DNA of 64,000 nt, taken from the NCBI GenBank assembly GCA_016789725.1, contig JAEUQN010000011.1, positions 1,102 to 65,101 on the forward strand, written 5' to 3'. The stretch is from Blastocatellia bacterium. GTDB taxonomy: Bacteria; Acidobacteriota; Blastocatellia; RBC074. The notes beneath the pieces are model-generated. The model was given only the letters and a program-made list of their open reading frames with translations. It had not been told where the DNA came from and ran no database searches. This document shows positions 48,334 through 58,418 of the stretch, piece by piece (the first letter of the stretch is position 1; each line of letters starts with the position of its first letter). A program made the position numbers and the translations under genes.

Positions 48334-48657
48334 AGTTCGCTCCCTCTCAAGAATCCTAATTTGGATAACTACCTAATTGACCGCTATTTGGCTTGATGAT
48401 AGCGAGCGACTGTTTCGTCTTTATCGAAAATTTGTGTCGAACCGTTTAATTTCATCCCTCAGCGCTAGACCCATCTCAGCCAAAATGAGTGACCCTTAGT
48501 TGCGGGAACTTAGAGAAGGTTTGCCTTATCTCAATTATTTTCGGCTAATAATCCCAGGAGGCGAGTTCCGGCCAAACGACTTGACCTCCCTGCATCGCTG
48601 AGGCACACTGTCGCATCTCCCTCGACCTAGCCCCTTGAAGAAACATCGCTCCCGGAC

Positions 48658-49008
48658 ATGCCGAAATTTGAACATCACATTTTCATTTGTACCAATCAAC
48701 GTCCTCCAGAAAATCCACGCGGCTGTTGCGACCCCGCCGGGTTGGGACAATTGCAGTTACTGTTCAAAAAAGAACTTGCCGCGCGTGGGGTAAAAGGCAA
48801 AATTCGCGCCAATAAAGCCGGTTGCCTGGATCAATGCGAACACGGTCCGACGGTGGTTGTGTATCCCGATGCTGTTTGGTACAGCGGCGTAACCGTAGAT
48901 GATGTCCCTGAAATCGTCGAGTCCCACTTGATAAATGGTGTTCCTGTGGCGCGCTTGCAGATGCGCGAAGCATGTCTCAACACTCAACAGTGCGAACACC
49001 GGAAATAA
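48658..49008 (+). CDS. thioredoxin-like [2Fe-2S] ferredoxin
   Basis: HIFICTNQR...GCC...GCLDQCEHGP Cys pattern. Confidence 0.85.
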   Translation: MPKFEHHIFICTNQRPPENPRGCCDPAGLGQLQLLFKKELAARGVKGKIRANKAGCLDQCEHGPTVVVYPDAVWYSGVTVDDVPEIVESHLINGVPVARLQMREACLNTQQCEHRK

Positions 49009-49032
49009 TCTCAAGGGTGAGATTTAAAATTT
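49008..49032 (+). terminator. small hairpin after the ferredoxin gene
   Basis: ATCTCA-AGGG-TGAGAT followed by TTAAAATTT. Confidence 0.4.
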
Positions 49033-49082
49033 GAGAGTTATACGCTTCTCCTTACTATTTGAAGTCCGGAATTCAAATTTCT

Positions 49083-50135
49083 ATGCAGCCCGTCACCACT
49101 CCCTTAAAGCTCGTCGCACTTGGTGGTGGTACTGGTTTGTCTACGCTTTTGACAGGCCTCAATCCTTATTTGAACGCCGGGCAGCGTGCTATGGATCCGC
49201 CGTGTCCCGTGATTCGATTGCAAACAGACTTACCCTTCAATCACGTTGAGCTTTCGCTGACGGCGATTGTGACGGTGACGGATGATGGCAAAAGTTCCGG
49301 GCGTTTGCGCTCAGAATTCGCGGTGTTACCGCCGGGAGATATTCGCAATTGTCTGGTTGCGCTGGCACGAGAGGATCGTTTTCTGAAGGGCTTGTTCAAG
49401 CACCGATTCGCGGGCAACGGCACACTGGGCGGCCACTCATTGGGAAATCTGATTATCGTGGCGCTGTCGCAGATGAGCGATAACTTTCTGGAAGCGATTG
49501 AAAAAGCGAGCGCCTTACTCGGTTGTGCGGCGCGTGTGCTCCCTTCAACGCTGGATTCGGTTGATCTGGAGGCGCGCATCGGCGGACAAATGGCGTATGG
49601 GCAAAGAGCCATCAAAGCGTTGAGCGCCGCGCGTGGAAAGCCCATTCGCAATCTGGCCGTGACGCCTGCTGATGCGCACGCTTTGCCCGAAGCTGTGAAC
49701 GCGATTTTGGAAGCCGACCTTATCACGCTCGGTCCCGGTTCCTTGTTTACCAGCGTGATGCCGAACCTGTTGATTGATGGGATTGCCGAAGCCATTAGCG
49801 AATCAAAAGCCCGGAAAATGTATATCTGTAATCTCATGACTGAGGTGGATGAAACAGATGGGTTTTCTGCCGAAGCCCACGTTACTGAATTGTTGCGCAC
49901 CTGCCCGACATTGAAGTTGGATTATGCGCTGTTCAATTCCAGCCCGATTTCGTCGGAAATGCGTGCCCTGTATGCCGAAGAGGAAGCCGTTATGCTGGAG
50001 CCGCCCACAGTCTCGCATTTTGCTTTCGGTGACGTTCAATTTGTGTGCAAGCCGCTGGCGACGGAAGCCCGTTCGGTACGACACGATCCGGTAAATTTGG
50101 CTCGCGCAATTTTTGAAATTTACTATAATGCCTGA
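49083..50135 (+). CDS. yvcK: YvcK/CofD-like gluconeogenesis factor (UPF0052)
   Basis: LGGGTGLSTLL, VTVTDDGKSSGRLR and PPGDIRNCLVAL motifs. ATG 49083 (alternative TTG 49059). Confidence 0.85.
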   Translation: MQPVTTPLKLVALGGGTGLSTLLTGLNPYLNAGQRAMDPPCPVIRLQTDLPFNHVELSLTAIVTVTDDGKSSGRLRSEFAVLPPGDIRNCLVALAREDRFLKGLFKHRFAGNGTLGGHSLGNLIIVALSQMSDNFLEAIEKASALLGCAARVLPSTLDSVDLEARIGGQMAYGQRAIKALSAARGKPIRNLAVTPADAHALPEAVNAILEADLITLGPGSLFTSVMPNLLIDGIAEAISESKARKMYICNLMTEVDETDGFSAEAHVTELLRTCPTLKLDYALFNSSPISSEMRALYAEEEAVMLEPPTVSHFAFGDVQFVCKPLATEARSVRHDPVNLARAIFEIYYNA

Positions 50136-50217
50136 GTTTCGCATCTGCCCCCATCATGCCCCCGCCCTGATCTTTCAAATTCAACCTATCTTCAGAACTA
50201 TTTAGAGGAATACTTCA

Positions 50218-51597
50218 GTGAGCAACCCAACCAATGTTTTGATTTTAGCTGCGGGCCTTGGTACGCGCATGAAAAGCGAGCAAGCCAAAGTCCTGCACAA
50301 ACTCGGCGGGCAGCCGTTAATTGCCCATGTTCTTCGCCGTGCGATTGCTTTAAATCCCGAAAAAATGATTGTTGTCACCGGCTATCAGGCTGAGGCTGTT
50401 GAAGCCGCTGCCCGCGTCGCACTCGCGCCCGAGATGGCTGAGCGATTGGTGTTTGTGCGACAAACGGAGCAACGCGGTACAGGGCACGCTGTGATGTGTG
50501 CGCGGGAGGTTTTGAAAAATGCCAAGGGATCATTGATTGTCAGTTACGGCGATGCTCCTTTGGTCAAATCTGCGACCCTGCAAAAGCTCAAAGCGGCACA
50601 CGAAGCAGGGAAGCACGCGGCCACGCTCATTACCATCAAGATGGAAATCCCGCCTGCCTATGGTCGTATCATCCGCGATAGCGAAGGCCAATTCGTCAAA
50701 ATCGTCGAGGATAAAGATTGCACACCTGAGCAAAAAGCCGTCAAAGAAGTGAATCCCGGCTTTTACTGTTTTGATATTCCGTCGTTGCTGCCAGCGCTGG
50801 ATCGGCTGACGACGAAGAATGCCCAAGGTGAATATTACCTGACCGACGTGCCGGAAATTCTGCGCACCGATGGCAAATCCGTTGGCACTGTTTTGCACGA
50901 TGATGACCTGGAACTACAGGGCTTCAACAATCGCGCCGAAATTGCCCTTGGGTGGAAACGTCTGCGCCATGAAATTTTGGAGCGATTGATGGCTGAAGGC
51001 GTGACCATCGTTGATCCCGATTCGACCTACATTGACGCCGAGGTTGAAATCGGACGCGACACGACAATTCACCCACAAGTGATTATTGAAGGAGCGTCGC
51101 GCATTGGCAGCTATTGCGAAATCCATTCGTGGTCACACCTGACGAACGTCGAAATCGGCGACAATTGCACGGTCAATAATTCGTGCGTGATCGAAGACAG
51201 CAAACTCACCGCAAATAACACGGTCGGCCCATTCGCACGGTTACGGATGCATGCCGTGCTGGATGATTCCGCCGTCGTTGGCAATTTCGTCGAACTCAAG
51301 AAATCCAAACTCGGTCGCAAATCGAAATCCATGCACCTGACCTATTTGGGCGATGCCACGATTGGCGAGCGCGTCAACATTGGCGCAGCGACCGTGACGT
51401 GCAATTACGACGGCAAAAACAAACACCAAACCATCATCGAAGACGATGTCAAAATCGGCTCCGACACGATGCTGGTTGCTCCCGTCAAAGTCGGACGCGG
51501 CGCAATGTCCGGCGCCGGTTCGGTGATTATCGAAGACGTGCCGGAAGACACGCTAGTCGCAGGCGTTCCGGCGAAAGTGAAGAAGAAATTGAAATAA
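50218..51597 (+). CDS. glmU: bifunctional UDP-GlcNAc diphosphorylase / GlcN-1-P acetyltransferase
   Basis: [13 protein letters not shown] motif, followed by a left-handed beta-helix hexapeptide C-terminus. GTG start. Confidence 0.92.
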   Translation: MSNPTNVLILAAGLGTRMKSEQAKVLHKLGGQPLIAHVLRRAIALNPEKMIVVTGYQAEAVEAAARVALAPEMAERLVFVRQTEQRGTGHAVMCAREVLKNAKGSLIVSYGDAPLVKSATLQKLKAAHEAGKHAATLITIKMEIPPAYGRIIRDSEGQFVKIVEDKDCTPEQKAVKEVNPGFYCFDIPSLLPALDRLTTKNAQGEYYLTDVPEILRTDGKSVGTVLHDDDLELQGFNNRAEIALGWKRLRHEILERLMAEGVTIVDPDSTYIDAEVEIGRDTTIHPQVIIEGASRIGSYCEIHSWSHLTNVEIGDNCTVNNSCVIEDSKLTANNTVGPFARLRMHAVLDDSAVVGNFVELKKSKLGRKSKSMHLTYLGDATIGERVNIGAATVTCNYDGKNKHQTIIEDDVKIGSDTMLVAPVKVGRGAMSGAGSVIIEDVPEDTLVAGVPAKVKKKLK

Positions 51598-51603
51598 TGA
51601 ATT

Positions 51604-51672
51604 GAGTAGACGGTAGATGGTAGACAGTAGACGGTAGAAAAACGTCCCCAAGCTACCGACTACCGTCTACTC
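51604..51672. repeat. hairpin with heptamer-array arms (GTAGACG units) in the glmU-glmS spacer
   Basis: Left arm GAGTAGACGGTAGATGGTAGACAGTAGACGGTAG (about 4.5 units). Right arm CTACCGACTACCGTCTACTC (about 2.5 units). The outer 13 bp are perfect. Confidence 0.8.
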
Positions 51673-51687
51673 CCTACGGAGTTACTT

Positions 51688-53556
51688 ATGTGTGGAATTG
51701 TTGGATACGTCGGACATCAACAGGTCGTAGATGTTGTCATCGAAGGCTTACGCAAACTGGAATATCGTGGCTATGACTCCGCCGGAATCGCCGTCATCAA
51801 TCGCGAAGGCGAAATGCAGGTGCGCCGCGCCGAAGGCAAATTGCGCAACCTCGAAAACGTCCTCGCCAAAAATCCGATTGAAGGCGATTACGGCTTAGGT
51901 CACACGCGCTGGGCTACGCACGGACGACCGACCGAAGAGAACGCGCACCCGCATCGTTCCAGTGATGGCCGCATTTGCGTCGTGCATAACGGCATCATCG
52001 AAAACTATCTGGAACTCAAACGCGAGTTGCAAAAGCAGGATCATCGCTTCCAGTCCGAAACCGACACCGAAGTCGTCGCGCACCTGATCGAAAAGCATTT
52101 GCGCCAAAATCCCGACCTCGGTCTGGAAGGCGCATTCCGCGCAACGCTCAAGGAAATTCGCGGCATCTACGCGCTCGTAGCGATTTCTGCCGACGAACCG
52201 AACAAGCTTTGCGCCGCGCGTTTAGGCCCGCCCGTCGTCGTCGGCCTTGGCGAAGACGAATACTTCGTCGCGTCGGACATCCCCGCGATTCTCGAACACA
52301 CGCGCAACATGTTTTTCCTCGGCGACGGCGAAATGGCGACGCTCACGCGCGAAGGCGTAAAAGTCGAAGACGCCAGCGGCAAGCCCGTCAATCCAAACGT
52401 CCAACGCATCAACTGGGATCCGATTCAGGCGGAAAAAGGCGGCTTCAAGCATTTCATGCTCAAGGAAATTTATGAGCAACCGCGCGCCGTCCGCGACACG
52501 ACACAGAACCGCGTTTCGCTCGACACTGGCCACGTTTATCTGGACGAAATCAACATTCCCGCCGCCTATTTCCGCAGCTTCAGCGACATCAAAATCGCAG
52601 CTTGCGGAACGGCGTGGCATGCGGCGTTGGTCGCCAAATATTTGATCGAAGAACTCGCGCGCGTCCCGGTCGAAGTGGATTACGCTTCGGAATTCCGCTA
52701 TCGCAATCCGATCCTGACGCCGAGCACGTTGATGATGGTGATTTCGCAATCCGGCGAAACCGCCGACACGCTCGCCGCCTTGCGCGAAGCCAAAGAAAAA
52801 GCCTGCCGTTCGATTGCGATTTGCAACGTGCAAGGCTCAATGATGACGCGCGAAGCCGACGGCACAATCTACACGCACGCTGGGCCGGAAATCGGCGTCG
52901 CTTCGACGAAAGCCTTTACGTCGCAAATGGTCGCGGCCTATCTGTTCGCGCTCTACCTCGCGCAGGAACGCAAAACGCTTAGCGAAGAACAATTGCAATG
53001 GCACGTGCGGCATTTATCCGAACTGCCCGTGAAGATGGAAAAGCTGCTCAACGATCCGAGCATTGATTATGAAGACCTGTCGAAACACTTCGTCCTATCG
53101 AGCGATTTTCTGTATTTGGGACGCGGCATCAACTTCCCGATTGCGCTCGAAGGCGCATTAAAGCTGAAAGAAATTTCCTACATCCACGCCGAAGGCTACG
53201 CCGCCGGAGAAATGAAGCACGGCCCGAACGCGCTAATTGATTCGCGTCTGCCCGTTGTCGTCATCAACACGCTGGATTCCGACGACGAAAAATCAAAACT
53301 GCGCTACGAAAAAACCCTCTCGAACATTCAAGAAGTCCGCGCCCGCGACGGCATCGTCGTTGCGATTGTGACAGAGGGCGATCAAGACACGCGCGACATG
53401 GCTTCGTTCACCATTGAAGTCCCACCGTCGAGCGAATTACTCTCGCCCGTGCTGTCCACGATTCCGATGCAGTTGCTGGCCTATCACATCGCCGTGCGCC
53501 GAGGCTGCGACGTGGATCAGCCAAGGAATTTGGCGAAGAGTGTGACGGTGGAATAG
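51688..53556 (+). CDS. glmS: glutamine--fructose-6-phosphate aminotransferase
   Basis: MCGIVGY N-terminus, two SIS domains, C-terminal [15 protein letters not shown]. Confidence 0.96.
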   Translation: MCGIVGYVGHQQVVDVVIEGLRKLEYRGYDSAGIAVINREGEMQVRRAEGKLRNLENVLAKNPIEGDYGLGHTRWATHGRPTEENAHPHRSSDGRICVVHNGIIENYLELKRELQKQDHRFQSETDTEVVAHLIEKHLRQNPDLGLEGAFRATLKEIRGIYALVAISADEPNKLCAARLGPPVVVGLGEDEYFVASDIPAILEHTRNMFFLGDGEMATLTREGVKVEDASGKPVNPNVQRINWDPIQAEKGGFKHFMLKEIYEQPRAVRDTTQNRVSLDTGHVYLDEINIPAAYFRSFSDIKIAACGTAWHAALVAKYLIEELARVPVEVDYASEFRYRNPILTPSTLMMVISQSGETADTLAALREAKEKACRSIAICNVQGSMMTREADGTIYTHAGPEIGVASTKAFTSQMVAAYLFALYLAQERKTLSEEQLQWHVRHLSELPVKMEKLLNDPSIDYEDLSKHFVLSSDFLYLGRGINFPIALEGALKLKEISYIHAEGYAAGEMKHGPNALIDSRLPVVVINTLDSDDEKSKLRYEKTLSNIQEVRARDGIVVAIVTEGDQDTRDMASFTIEVPPSSELLSPVLSTIPMQLLAYHIAVRRGCDVDQPRNLAKSVTVE

Positions 53557-53583
53557 TTATACAAAAAACTCTAAAACTTCATT

Positions 53584-53650
53584 TGTATGGGGAAAATAAA
53601 GTCGTACAACGAGAAATAAAGTCGTACAACGAGAAATAAAGTTGTACAAA
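53584..53650 (+). repeat. Tn7R-like end: terminal TGTATGG plus three abutting 20-bp direct repeats (putative TnsB binding sites)
   Basis: GGAAAATAAAGTCGTACAAC (53591-53610), GAGAAATAAAGTCGTACAAC (53611-53630), GAGAAATAAAGTTGTACAAA (53631-53650). Confidence 0.85.
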
Positions 53651-53669
53651 CCTAGATCGTTTCATAGAA

Positions 53670-53702
53670 TGCCCCTGGCCTATTTGGGTCAGGGGCATTT
53701 TT
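53670..53702 (+). terminator. terminator-like hairpin inside the transposon end, abutting the tnsA ATG
   Basis: TGCCCCTG (53670-53677) / CAGGGGCA (53690-53697) followed by TTTTT, then ATG at 53703. The only SD-like AGGGG lies in the 3' arm. Confidence 0.55.
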
Positions 53703-54545
53703 ATGAAGAAAAGTCGTTACGCTTGGGATGAAGCCAAATACAAGAGGTTTCTGAAGAAAGAAGGCCGTGGTCAAGGAACCGGGCAAGATTATCGTCCTTG
53801 GTTAGCAATCTATGACGTTTCCTCTACAGGTCGTGTGCATAGAATAAAGGGGTGGAAAACAAACCGGACGCATCATCTGCTATCCGATCAAGAAAGAAAT
53901 TTCTTTTATTTGCTTGAGTGGTCAGATTCGGTCATTGATGTCAGAGAACAATTCCCCCTCGATTTAGACGAAACCCAACTAATAGCTAAAGATATGGGAA
54001 TCAAGCACCCAGCGGATCAATCAAGTGGGTTTCCTTGGGTTTTTACCACTGATTTTCTCATTACAGTTCGTAATCAAAATCAAATCTCACAAATTGCAAG
54101 GACAGTTAAGCCCTCAGATTTTTTAGAAAAAGATCGAATCATCGAAAAGTTTGAGTTGGAAAGACGTTATTGGGTTTCCAGAGGTATTGATTGGGGGATC
54201 GTCACAGAAAAAGACCTGCCACAGGTACTTGTAACAAATATTGGGTTTATACACGGAGACTATTGGCTTGAGGCTACAAGTGAAACAAGTGCTGTCGAAA
54301 TGCTGGCTTTAGTAGATTCGTTCAAATTACGGCTACTGAACTATACAGGAACGGTACATCATTTTACAGATGCCTTTGATATAGACTTTAACCTGAAAGC
54401 TGGAACCGCCCTACGATTGCTAAAATATCTGATTGCAAAGAAACAAGTCACTGTAGATATGAATGAAAAGATAAAATTTACAAAATCAGTTCAATCACTT
54501 ATTTGCCAGGATGTCCGATCTCAATATAAGGCTCGTATTGCTTGA
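53703..54545 (+). CDS. tnsA: Tn7 transposition protein TnsA (endonuclease subunit)
   Basis: Collinear with Tn7 TnsA: EGRGQGTGQDYRPWL, HHLLSDQE, LEWSDSVIDVREQFPL (E), TTDFLI (D), RTVKP (K), ELERRYW. Confidence 0.92.
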   Translation: MKKSRYAWDEAKYKRFLKKEGRGQGTGQDYRPWLAIYDVSSTGRVHRIKGWKTNRTHHLLSDQERNFFYLLEWSDSVIDVREQFPLDLDETQLIAKDMGIKHPADQSSGFPWVFTTDFLITVRNQNQISQIARTVKPSDFLEKDRIIEKFELERRYWVSRGIDWGIVTEKDLPQVLVTNIGFIHGDYWLEATSETSAVEMLALVDSFKLRLLNYTGTVHHFTDAFDIDFNLKAGTALRLLKYLIAKKQVTVDMNEKIKFTKSVQSLICQDVRSQYKARIA

Positions 54546-56731
54546 TCATTATGATTGCTGTCAATTCACTTCTGAAAATTAAAGAGGGCAGTGTCCACCT
54601 CTCTGTTGTCCGGGTGTTATGGGTAGATGAATTAAATGATGAGGGGTGGGTTATCAATGTAATAGAAGATAAGGGGGTTCCTTATCTGATGTCTCTTTCT
54701 GCCTTGAAAACAAACATCGCTAACGAAGCTATCGAGTTAATGAAGGAAGACCCTTGGGCTCCAATTGTTGGGGATGAGACGCTTACAACAAAACAGCGAG
54801 AACTCAGAGATAAAGGTTGGTCGGCTATAGAAGGGCTTGTCAAACCTGAGCTTGAGCCACAAATATTCCAAAAAGATTTCCGTGGAGAGTTAATCAAGAA
54901 AGCAGCCGAAAAAAGTGAACTAGAAATAAAAACAATTTACAAATACCTACGCAAATTCTGGCAAAGAGGCAAGGTTCAGAATGCACTGATTCCTGATTTT
55001 TTTAATTGCGGAGGAAAAGGAAAAAACAAAAGTGACGGGGCAAAGAAAAGAGGGAGACCGAGAAAGTTTGGTAACGATCCTGAGATTGGTGAAGGAATAA
55101 ACATTAACGAAGAGATCAGGAGAATCTTTCATACGGCACTCAAAAGATTTTATCTAAATGAGAAAGAAACGCCTTTGCCCGTAGTCTATGATTTGATGGT
55201 AGGGGAATATTTTGTAGACAAGCTTATCTATGAAAATGGGCAGGCTAAAACAGTACTCGTTCCCGATAGTGAAAAGCCTTCTTATGGGCAATTCAAGTAT
55301 TGGGCCAGCCAAATTATTTCACCCGAAACAGCCCAAAAGGCGCGCAAGGGCGGTATTGCTTATGATAGAGAAAACAGGGCGCATCTTGGCAGTTCAACAG
55401 GTGAGGTATATGGGCCAGGCGAAAGATGTCAGATTGATGCCACAGTAGCAGATATATACCTAGTTTCTCGCTATAACAGAAAATGGGTCATTGGCAGACC
55501 TGTAATATATGTAATCATAGATGTTTTCAGCCGCCTTATTGTTGGAATTTATGTAGGGCTTGAAGGGCCTTCATGGTTGGGCGCAATGATGGCTATCTGC
55601 AACGCCGCTAGAGATAAGTTTTCTTTCTGTCAGGAGTATAAGGTTCCTATGGATGCGGCTAAATGGCCTTGTGCAGGGCTTCCGCAGATATTGCTGAGCG
55701 ATGGAGGGGAAGTAAAAAGTCGGAAGGCAGATCCTATTGTTAGGAATCTTGGTGTTCACCTTGAGGCGGCAAAAGCCTACGCCCCCGATTGGAAAGGAAT
55801 TATTGAAAGACATTTCCGTACTATTCAAGAGAAAGTAAAGCCATTTGTTCCTGGTTATGTTGAAAAAGACGCGCTGAAAAGAGTGGGAAACGCTTATCGC
55901 TTGGATGCCAAGTTGGACATTTTTAAATTCACACAAATTATCATTCAGTGCGTGTTACAACACAATTCTAGCTACCTCCCTACTTATCCAAGGGATGAAC
56001 AGATGATAGCTGATGATGTTTCTCCTATACCACTGCATTTATGGGACTGGGGAATTAGAAATCGGTCGGGGTCGCTGAAGTATTTTCCTGAAGAAATCGT
56101 CAAGTTAAACTTGATGCCAGTTGGAATGGCAAATATAACATCGCGTGGCATCCTTTTTGAAAAAATGAGGTATAGCTGCGAACGAGCTATACGTGAGCAG
56201 TGGTTTGATCGAGCAAGTATTAAGGGAAATCAAAAAATTGAGATTTCATACGATCCGAGGACAACAAACTATGTGTATTTGAAGTCTTCTGATGGTAGAA
56301 GCTATGAAACTTGCTATTTGCTTGACCCTGACAATAGGTACTCTAATAAAGACATATATGAAATTACATACTTACATCAGTATGAAGAATATATGAAGCA
56401 GCGAAATAGAGGAGCGAAGCAGCAAGAAAACGTAAATCTTTATGGATATATTAAGCAAAAAGTTCAAGAAGCTGAAAATCAAGCAAATTTGGTTTCTGCC
56501 ATTCCTGAGTCTAAAAAGAACGTTTTGAATATTCGAGAAAATCGTGAGCAAGAAAAAGCGGAGTTACGCAAAGAACAAGTTTTTGACCTTTCTCCAGTTG
56601 CAAATAATACTAAAGAAACAACGGGAACCATGTTTTCGCCTGAAAGAGCAAGGGACATTCAAGAGCGAGCGTCGCCTGACTTTCTAAATTTATTAAAGCA
56701 AAAGCGAAAAGAGATAAAAGATGGAGAGTAA
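54542..56731 (+). CDS. tnsB: Tn7 transposase TnsB (DDE)
   Basis: DDE triad candidates CQIDATVADIYL, ILLSDGGE and WKGIIERHFRT. TTG 54542 overlaps the tnsA stop (alternative ATG 54551). Confidence 0.9.
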   Translation: MIIMIAVNSLLKIKEGSVHLSVVRVLWVDELNDEGWVINVIEDKGVPYLMSLSALKTNIANEAIELMKEDPWAPIVGDETLTTKQRELRDKGWSAIEGLVKPELEPQIFQKDFRGELIKKAAEKSELEIKTIYKYLRKFWQRGKVQNALIPDFFNCGGKGKNKSDGAKKRGRPRKFGNDPEIGEGININEEIRRIFHTALKRFYLNEKETPLPVVYDLMVGEYFVDKLIYENGQAKTVLVPDSEKPSYGQFKYWASQIISPETAQKARKGGIAYDRENRAHLGSSTGEVYGPGERCQIDATVADIYLVSRYNRKWVIGRPVIYVIIDVFSRLIVGIYVGLEGPSWLGAMMAICNAARDKFSFCQEYKVPMDAAKWPCAGLPQILLSDGGEVKSRKADPIVRNLGVHLEAAKAYAPDWKGIIERHFRTIQEKVKPFVPGYVEKDALKRVGNAYRLDAKLDIFKFTQIIIQCVLQHNSSYLPTYPRDEQMIADDVSPIPLHLWDWGIRNRSGSLKYFPEEIVKLNLMPVGMANITSRGILFEKMRYSCERAIREQWFDRASIKGNQKIEISYDPRTTNYVYLKSSDGRSYETCYLLDPDNRYSNKDIYEITYLHQYEEYMKQRNRGAKQQENVNLYGYIKQKVQEAENQANLVSAIPESKKNVLNIRENREQEKAELRKEQVFDLSPVANNTKETTGTMFSPERARDIQERASPDFLNLLKQKRKEIKDGE

Positions 56732-58418
56732 TCTTTCTGACTCACTTATTAACTATATTGCCAAGATAGCAGAATATCGTGACCCACTTCTTCGTGACTA
56801 CAGGGGTAACCCTATGATCGAAGCTCTTCCACCGATCTTGAGCAAAGATGAGTTTGTTAAAAAGGTTAGCTCGTATCCCACATTTGATGAAACCGAAAAA
56901 CTATTGCCTGCTGAAATCAGGATGCACTGTGTTTACAGGCTCACACGATATTTTCAACCGTTAGATCGGCATATTATATTAGAGCAGAAACTCACACAGC
57001 TTATTAGACAAGGCTATATTGCTCGAAATCCGTTGGATCCCAAGTTTGCATTACGCTTGAGACAAATTGGAGAGGTGTTGAGCCAAGCTATACAACGAAA
57101 AGAGCTACCTATTAATGAAATTGTGGATGTACAGTCATCCGCGAATAGTTATACTTTAATCGGTATTTCAGGTTTGGGAAAAACTACTGCTGTAGAAAGA
57201 ATTTTGCGACTGTACCCCCAAGTAATCCTTCATGGTGAATATAAAGGCATACCGCTTAATTTCTACCAGGTCGTATGGGTCAAGGTTGAGTGTCCACATG
57301 CAGGAAGCCTGAAAGACATCTGTGGAGATTTCTTCAAGGAGATTGATGATCTGTTAGGAACACCCTATTACAAAAAATTTGGCGACCCTCGGATTACCGA
57401 ATATGTAATGCTCGCACACATGTGTTTGATTGCAATTAGACATGGAGTAGGTGCGATAGTAATTGATGAACTTCAAAACTTAAGCCTTGCCAAAAGCGGG
57501 GGGGCAGAGGCGGCCATGAATTTCTTTGTAAAGATGGTCAATAAAATTGGCGTACCTGTTATCAGAATTGGTACCAATAAGGTAAAGGATATTTTACAAG
57601 TTGACTTCAGACATGCAAGAAGATCTATTGGAGACTACTGGGATCGTTTTAAATTAGACAACGAATATGACATGGCGCTGTGGGATTTTCTAATCGAAGA
57701 ATTATTCTCTTATCAATGGACACAGGAAAAAGCGACGCTGACAACAGAGATCAAAGAGGCTCTCTATGATGAAAGCCAAGGCATTATTGATATTGGAATT
57801 AAACTTTATATGATGGCGCAATGGCGGGCCATTTTATTTGATCGAGATCAGATTTCTGCTGAAGATATCAGGCTCGTTGCCAGAGATGGTCTGAAAATGG
57901 TTCAACCGATGATCCAAGCCCTTCGCTTAAATGATCTCAAACAACTCGAAAAATATGATGACATCAAATCTTTAGATATAAAGTCATATTACGAAGAGTA
58001 TATTGACGACATCAAGATTTCACATACCAAGAAGATTGAGAAGGCCAAAAAGGCTATTACGGTATCTGCCTTAGACTCCCTCAATTCTCTTATAATAGGC
58101 TTGGTTGATTTGGGAATCACACCAACATTGGCCAAAAAACACGCTGGTCTAGTTTGGGCTGGAAGGGATGAGATTGAGACTATGGAAGAATTACTGGGGA
58201 AAGCTTACAAAGCAGCCTTAATTGACAGCGGCGGTACAGCGCAATCCCCAAAAGACTCTTCAAAAAAGAAGCCCCTCTCACAAATTGATTTCCCTAACGA
58301 CATCAGACAAATAGTTACAAAAGGCCGTGACCAAAAACTATCTGCCTATGATGCATTAAAACATGGCGGATTTATTAAATCCCCGGTGAAGGACTTCCTG
58401 GATGAAAAAGCCGCGTGA
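56721..58418 (+). CDS. tnsC: Tn7 AAA+ regulator TnsC
   Basis: Walker A GISGLGKTT and Walker B AIVIDELQNL. Overlaps the tnsB stop by 11 nt. Confidence 0.9.
   Translation: MESNLSDSLINYIAKIAEYRDPLLRDYRGNPMIEALPPILSKDEFVKKVSSYPTFDETEKLLPAEIRMHCVYRLTRYFQPLDRHIILEQKLTQLIRQGYIARNPLDPKFALRLRQIGEVLSQAIQRKELPINEIVDVQSSANSYTLIGISGLGKTTAVERILRLYPQVILHGEYKGIPLNFYQVVWVKVECPHAGSLKDICGDFFKEIDDLLGTPYYKKFGDPRITEYVMLAHMCLIAIRHGVGAIVIDELQNLSLAKSGGAEAAMNFFVKMVNKIGVPVIRIGTNKVKDILQVDFRHARRSIGDYWDRFKLDNEYDMALWDFLIEELFSYQWTQEKATLTTEIKEALYDESQGIIDIGIKLYMMAQWRAILFDRDQISAEDIRLVARDGLKMVQPMIQALRLNDLKQLEKYDDIKSLDIKSYYEEYIDDIKISHTKKIEKAKKAITVSALDSLNSLIIGLVDLGITPTLAKKHAGLVWAGRDEIETMEELLGKAYKAALIDSGGTAQSPKDSSKKKPLSQIDFPNDIRQIVTKGRDQKLSAYDALKHGGFIKSPVKDFLDEKAA

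Noticed and set aside
48334-48657. 324-nt spacer upstream of the ferredoxin gene as a possible small RNA (long-range CCTCAGCG/CGCTGAGG pairing 48457-48464 / 48596-48603)
   Set aside because: It is a single 8-bp long-range complement with no resemblance to SRP, 6S, tmRNA or RNase P cores that I can recall. That is insufficient evidence without covariation data.
49140-49260. A ~30-aa insertion in YvcK between the GGGTGLS loop and the TVTDDG motif
   Set aside because: This loop is variable in the family as far as I recall. There is no repeat or mobile signature at the DNA level, so it is probably ordinary lineage-specific variation.
51598-51687. Possible glmS ribozyme upstream of glmS
   Set aside because: The spacer is only 90 nt and is almost entirely occupied by the heptamer-array hairpin. 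There is no room for, or resemblance to, the roughly 170-nt glmS ribozyme core.
53591-53650. Three 20-bp direct repeats that could be mistaken for a mini CRISPR array
   Set aside because: The repeats abut each other with no spacers and sit between a terminal TGT and tnsA. This is the architecture of a Tn7 right-end TnsB-site cluster, not CRISPR.
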